DNA of 41,457 nucleotides. Origin: an uncultured Thermodesulfobacteriota bacterium (lineage in GTDB: Bacteria > Desulfobacterota > RBG-13-43-22). The notes under the pieces are model-generated. The model made no database searches. It was not told the origin of the DNA and saw nothing but the letters and a program-made list of their open reading frames with translations. The position numbers and the translations under genes were made by a program. The stretch is from assembly GCA_964609705.1 (NCBI GenBank), contig CAZSTT010000001.1:16420-57876 (forward strand), read 5' to 3'. Shown here piece after piece: positions 36,989 to 41,457 of this stretch (position 1 is its first letter; each line of letters starts with the position of its first letter).

Positions 36989-37918
36989 ATGAAAAAACTC
37001 AGGGTAGCCTTGCTTATAGGAGGCATTTCCAATGAACGGGAGATTTCTCTCAAAAGCGGGAGCGAAGTACGGAAGGCTTTAAATCCTGATCGATATCAGG
37101 TTTCTGTATATGACCTGAAAGAGGGCTTGGCGCCACTGGTAGCTGATGCCCCTGGGATAGATGTGGCTTTGATTATTCTTCACGGCCGGTTTGGGGAAGA
37201 TGGTACCGTTCAAGGATTGTTGGAATTGCTCGGCATCCCTTATCAGGGTTCCGGGGTTTTAGGGAGTGCTTTGGCCATAAACAAATGGTTGACCAAGACC
37301 CTCTACCGTCAGGAAGGGTTGCCGGTGGGCCGGGATTACCTCGTTCGTCAGGGAAACTTTTTAGATTTGAACTCAGTGGTCCAAGAACTGGGTTGGCCTG
37401 TAGTGGTTAAACCGAACAATGAAGGATCGAGTATCGGTGTCCAAATGGCCAAAAACTTGCAGGAACTTTGCGAAATAATTAAGCAAACATTTTCTTTAGA
37501 TCAAGAGGTTCTGCTTGAAGAGTATATCAAGGGCCGGGAAATAACAGCCGGGGTGTTGGGAAACCAATCCCTTCAGGCCTTGCCCATCGTTGAAATAATC
37601 CCTTCGGAGTCTTATGAATTTTTTAATTACGAAGCCAAGTATAAAGAAAAGGCCACTCGGGAAATATGCCCCGCCGATCTTCCGGAATCGATTGCCAAGC
37701 TTGCCCAGGAATATGCTTTGCGGGCCCATAGAGCTCTTAATTTAAGAGGTTACAGCCGAACCGATATGGTTCTCAGAGGTAAGGATGTTGTATTATTGGA
37801 AACCAATACTATCCCTGGTATGACCCAGACCAGCCTGTTGCCCCTGGCTGCCAAAGCAGCAGGAATGGATTTTTCCGCCTTATTGGACCGGCTGATTGAT
37901 CTGGCCTTAGAGAAATAA
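36989..37918 (+). CDS. ddl: D-alanine--D-alanine ligase
   Basis: GGISNEREISL, HGRFGEDGTVQGLLELLGIPYQGSG, an ATP-grasp core and ETNTIPGMT. Confidence 0.93.
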   Translation: MKKLRVALLIGGISNEREISLKSGSEVRKALNPDRYQVSVYDLKEGLAPLVADAPGIDVALIILHGRFGEDGTVQGLLELLGIPYQGSGVLGSALAINKWLTKTLYRQEGLPVGRDYLVRQGNFLDLNSVVQELGWPVVVKPNNEGSSIGVQMAKNLQELCEIIKQTFSLDQEVLLEEYIKGREITAGVLGNQSLQALPIVEIIPSESYEFFNYEAKYKEKATREICPADLPESIAKLAQEYALRAHRALNLRGYSRTDMVLRGKDVVLLETNTIPGMTQTSLLPLAAKAAGMDFSALLDRLIDLALEK

Positions 37919-37981
37919 AATTCATCATCCGACTGAAGCTTTCTGTTTCAAGGCCCGGAGAATCTTCCAGGCAAGAAAGAC

Positions 37982-38022
37982 GATTGGCTTTGCCAATCTG
38001 AAAAGAGCTTCCCTTAGGAAGC
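37982..38022. repeat. Double-hairpin module (GATTGGC-ttt-GCCAATC, 8 nt, GCTTCC-ctta-GGAAGC)
   Basis: It has the same architecture as 31940-31981 (GGTCGGC-ttt-GCCGACC, 8 nt, GGCTTCC-aaa-GGAAGCC). Related modules occur at 40487-40530 and 2402-2447. Confidence 0.6.
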
Positions 38023-38251
38023 GGCGGTCTATTTTATTGAAGCTTGCTCGATAATCCGCGTCAGTCACGCCAAGGCGTGGCGGAGAAATCGCTCGATATC
38101 CCTTTTCAGAACGCTCGGCATAATGGCGATGGGTGGACCCGATGACGGCATGGCCTCATTCGGGGCAGGCATTAATTCAATGAAAAAATTGAGATCATTA
38201 TGAATCACCTGAAGCAGGATAGGACAATGATTTCATAACCGAATTTAAAGA

Positions 38252-38296
38252 TTACAAAACAAAAAGAGGAGATACTTTTTACAGTATCTCCTCTTT
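38252..38296 (-). terminator. Rho-independent terminator of sat
   Basis: Perfect 14-bp stem AAAGAGGAGATACT (38263-76)/AGTATCTCCTCTTT (38283-96). On the minus strand it is followed by TTGTTTTGTAA. Confidence 0.7.
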
Positions 38297-38402
38297 AATT
38301 AAGAAAATAGGCTTTGGAGTCTTCTGAGCCTGTTTTCATGTTTCGTGGTGTCACGTCACTTACGTGACATGATGGTTAGTTTTTCAAAACAAAGAGAAGG
38401 TA

Positions 38403-39674
38403 TTATTTTCCGGTTGCAGCCCCATGCAGTTTGACTTCAACTTTTTCATCCAGACCGGCATAGTATTCACGGAGAATATCCAGCACCTCCTCGCGACCGA
38501 AATGATCGGCAATTGGCGTGCCTTCGGACAGGCCCTTACGCAGTGCCGTACCGCTCAGCATGACGCGCTCTTTCTTGTCGTGGGGGCAGGTTCTCAAGGA
38601 AGCCATACCGTCGCATTTGTAGCAGTAGAAGGTCCAGTCGATCTTCAGCGGGGTGCAAAGCAGGGCTTTTCCGCCAGCCGGCTTGGGAATCTTGTCAAAA
38701 ATGGTCTGGGCTTCAAACATGCCGTAAAAATCACCAACTCCGGCATGGTCACGGCCGATAATCATTCTGGAGCACCCGTAATTTTGACGGAAGGTGGCAT
38801 GAAGCAGGGCTTCACGGGGGCCGGCATAACGCATATCCAGGGGATAACCGCCCTGAAGGACATTAGCTTCTACGAAATAATTCTTAACCAGCGCGTCGAT
38901 ACATCTCACCCGAACCTCGGCAGGGATGTCCCCCGGTTTCAAGTTGCCCACCAGGGAGTGAATAAAAACGCCGTCACATACTTCTACAGCGATTTTGCAA
39001 AGATATTCGTGGGAACGATGCATGGGGTTTCGCAGCTGCAGGGCGGCCACTTCACTCCAGCCTCTTTCTTCAAAAATCTTTCTGGATTCAGCCGGTCTCA
39101 TATAAACGCCGGCATATTTGGTGGGATATTCGGCTTCACTCAGTACTTTTACCGGGCCGGCCAGATTGACCTCTTTTTGACTCATGACCATCTGAACGCC
39201 GGGATGATCATCTTTGGCAATTTTCCAGAAGTCTTCTACGGTCTTGGTCCCTTCGCCCATAAAAGTTTTTTCGCATTCGAACTTTTTGTCGGCCTCGGTC
39301 ATTTCGTATTTTTCGGTAACCTTCATAGTGGCCATGAATTCGTTACGCTCCGGGTCGAACAAGGCGATCTCATCACCGATCGCGATCGTTGCGGCTTCTT
39401 CCTTGGATACGGAAAGCGTAACCGGAATGGGCCAAAACGTTCCGTCAGCCAGAAGATAATTATCCAAAACGCCCTTCCAGTCTGCCTTGGTCATAAAACC
39501 GGTCAAGGGGCTGAATCCGCCAATGCCCATCATAATTAAATCGCCTTTTTCACGGGGGCTGACATCAAATTTTTTCAATCCTTGAGCTTTTTTCAATTCT
39601 GCCGCCAACTCTGCGCCTTCAAGCAAGCAGCAGGTTAAACCTTTTCCGCCATGAGGTGGGAGTAATCCTGACAT
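38403..39674 (-). CDS. sat: Sulfate adenylyltransferase (ATP sulfurylase)
   Basis: [11 protein letters not shown] and GRDHAGVG motifs. 423 aa. SD AGGAGA upstream. Confidence 0.95.
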   Translation of the reverse strand: MSGLLPPHGGKGLTCCLLEGAELAAELKKAQGLKKFDVSPREKGDLIMMGIGGFSPLTGFMTKADWKGVLDNYLLADGTFWPIPVTLSVSKEEAATIAIGDEIALFDPERNEFMATMKVTEKYEMTEADKKFECEKTFMGEGTKTVEDFWKIAKDDHPGVQMVMSQKEVNLAGPVKVLSEAEYPTKYAGVYMRPAESRKIFEERGWSEVAALQLRNPMHRSHEYLCKIAVEVCDGVFIHSLVGNLKPGDIPAEVRVRCIDALVKNYFVEANVLQGGYPLDMRYAGPREALLHATFRQNYGCSRMIIGRDHAGVGDFYGMFEAQTIFDKIPKPAGGKALLCTPLKIDWTFYCYKCDGMASLRTCPHDKKERVMLSGTALRKGLSEGTPIADHFGREEVLDILREYYAGLDEKVEVKLHGAATGK

Positions 39675-39758
39675 CTGTTACTTTCTCCTTTCAATTCTTA
39701 TTGGGTTTATAGGTAATTACATGGAACCTTCCATGACTACTTTTCATACATGGTTACG

Positions 39759-39787
39759 CATTTAATCAAAACCATGAATTAAGTCAA
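39759..39787 (-). promoter_or_regulatory. Candidate sigma-70 promoter of sat
   Basis: The minus strand reads TTGACT-N17-TAAATG, about 85 nt upstream of the ATG. Confidence 0.35.
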
Positions 39788-40181
39788 GTGAAAAAATATA
39801 CAAAAAGAAGATACTGGGAGAGAAGATGAACTATAAAAGGGGGTGAAAGAGGGAAAAGGAGGGAAAAATCCTTCTAATTTGACAGGAATATATGGAGCAA
39901 ACCTTTTAATAGAATTATGGAGTTAGCCGGTGAGTGAACTCCTAGTGATGAATAATTCCTTAAGAGAAGAATGGATACAACCTGTTGTTAATACCTCATG
40001 CCCTCAGCCGGGCGATGCGTTCTTCAATGGGTCCAGATTGCGTCCCGACAAAGAGTTGACGATAAACATAAAGTGCAAGGGGACATCCTAGAGTCTTTCT
40101 GTTAATAAAAAAAGTGAGTTTGAGAATAATAACAAATTTAAAGAGATAGCAATTTACCCATTTTTTGAGTACACGTCTCCC

Positions 40182-40386
<205 letters not shown>

Positions 40387-40394
40387 GGATCGCC

Positions 40395-40708
40395 AATTAA
40401 TTAGTTCTCATCCGGAAAAGACCTTTCCGGATGAGAACACTCCGATACCGGTCATCATCTAGGGCCAGAAACCTCCCGCTCGGTCCGCTCGGCTTCGCCG
40501 AGCTCCTCAAGAGGCCCCTGTACAGGGGCCGATCAGCCGAGCTTCTGTTAAGGTCGATGAAATCGACCGATTGAAAAAGGGTTTCTGGGGAGAGCTTCGT
40601 CGGGTCCCCGTATGGGGACCTTTGTTTAAGGTCGACAAAGTCGATCGATCGGAAATCCAGGTGTTTCCATCCGGAAATTCGAATTTCCGAATGGAAACTA
40701 ATTAAGTT
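40395..40708. mobile_element. 314-bp hairpin-packed element bounded by 22-bp inverted repeats; each end is itself a 35-36 nt palindrome
   Basis: Left TTAATTAGTTCTCATCCGGAAA, right (reverse complement) TTAATTAGTTTCCATTCGGAAA, 19/22 matched. End palindromes at 40404-40438 and 40663-40698. Five internal GC-rich hairpins lie in two degenerate roughly 75-nt units. Confidence 0.65.
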
Positions 40709-40884
40709 GTTGTGGGTATTGGAAGACGGTCCACAAGGTTTTGGGTACCTTGCATCTTTTTTCATTAGTTAAGGCTTTCCGGAACGTGGACAGAGTTCAA
40801 GGGCGAAGGCAATCAGCCATCTACGGTTTCCTTTGAGCTCGTAAGTTATTTTGTTAAACGAGCATTTTTTTAGCATTTTTTCCC

Positions 40885-40912
40885 TTGACAAAAAAATTGA
40901 ATCTGGTATACC
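40885..40912 (+). promoter_or_regulatory. Strong sigma-70 promoter candidate with an extended -10, facing an ORF-free 550 bp
   Basis: TTGACA (40885-90), 16-nt spacer containing TG, TATACC (40907-12). Confidence 0.4.
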
Positions 40913-41457
40913 TAAGCCTTCCTTGTTCCAATATTCACAAAATTAATAAAAGTATAATTTATTTAGATAGTTAAGAAAATAGAGATTGTGTCTTGGGTAA
41001 ATCGGCCAACTATGGGGAATCTCCTGGAAAGGTCTTTTTAAATCAGGAGAGTTGGTAACGGTTTTGAGTCAAACCATCAGACAGATTTTGTTAATGAAGA
41101 ACGACTTGCCAAATGACATAAGGTCGGGTTGGATTAACTGAGCCGGGAAGGCTTTACCGGTTTAAAAAAATTGCCGGTCCCAATGCCATAGACCATGTCG
41201 GAAGGGTCGTAAAACTTATCCCTAAGGCCTAATTCGACAGCGCCACGACCAAGACGATCGATTGCTGACCCGTGATGGAAAGGATGAAATCTTTGATATG
41301 GTCGTCTCTCTGGGAAAAATTGATATCATGGAAGATTTTTTAAAAAAACACGGAGCCTAAGACCTTTTTTCAAGACCTGACCTTGATGATTAATTAAGAT
41401 TGACGATCAGGGAATTCATTTGGAAAGCAAAATCTGATCAATAATTGAAAAATGAAA

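Noticed and set aside
38424-39539. 371-aa ORF on the + strand, antisense to sat
   Set aside because: It lies entirely inside a confidently identified sat gene. A long antisense ORF is expected when the sense gene avoids TTA, CTA and TCA codons through strong codon bias. The translation is low-complexity (G/F/H-rich) and has no SD.
40487-40646. Possible mini CRISPR array, because of repeated AAGGTCGA...TCGA.CGAT hairpins about 78 nt apart
   Set aside because: There are only two degenerate repeats, and the intervening segments are themselves homologous to each other. No cas genes are nearby. It fits a tandem duplication inside a repeat element better.
40397-40765. 122-aa ORF on the minus strand
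   Set aside because: It runs through the hairpin-packed inverted-repeat element. The amino-acid sequence reflects palindromes and has no start context.

Overview
This is a 41.5-kb chromosomal window with about 37 protein-coding genes. I see no rRNA, tRNA or CRISPR array. Recognisable housekeeping genes are eno, two NUDIX hydrolases, an acetoacetyl-CoA-synthetase-like ligase, nadE, an M20 deacylase, rsgA, mutS2, mobB, ddl and a sulfate adenylyltransferase (sat). The gene content (sat, a TSUP permease, a RACo-like ASKHA protein, a DUF362/4Fe-4S protein, sigma-54-type promoters) suggests an anaerobic, possibly sulfate-reducing Desulfobacterota-like bacterium; this is inference only. Five things deserve a second look. 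(i) At 2.8-11.9 kb two convergent operons each carry a good -24/-12 (sigma-54) promoter match and the same upstream palindrome TTTTTACA-N3-TGTAAA. Together they encode a Cache sensor kinase, three single-domain receivers, an atypical PEP-utilising (PpsA-like) enzyme with a non-canonical C-terminal third, a TSUP permease and several small membrane proteins. This is my best candidate for an undescribed signalling/transport module. (ii) The window is unusually dense in hairpin-rich non-coding repeats. These are two copies of a 115-bp MITE-like element, a 257-bp element with 33-bp terminal inverted repeats, a 314-bp hairpin-packed element bounded by inverted repeats, dispersed double-hairpin modules, and a roughly 85-nt structured element present twice. 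(iii) At 18.0-20.0 kb there is a degraded mobile/toxin-antitoxin islet: vapBC, a truncated and frameshifted Y1 (IS200/RAYT-like) transposase, and an orphan AbrB-type antitoxin. (iv) There are two tandem PilZ paralogues, the second frameshifted. (v) A diverged 3' fragment of a second ddl lies on the far side of sat. No database or folding computation could be run, so family names come from motifs I recognise in the translations.
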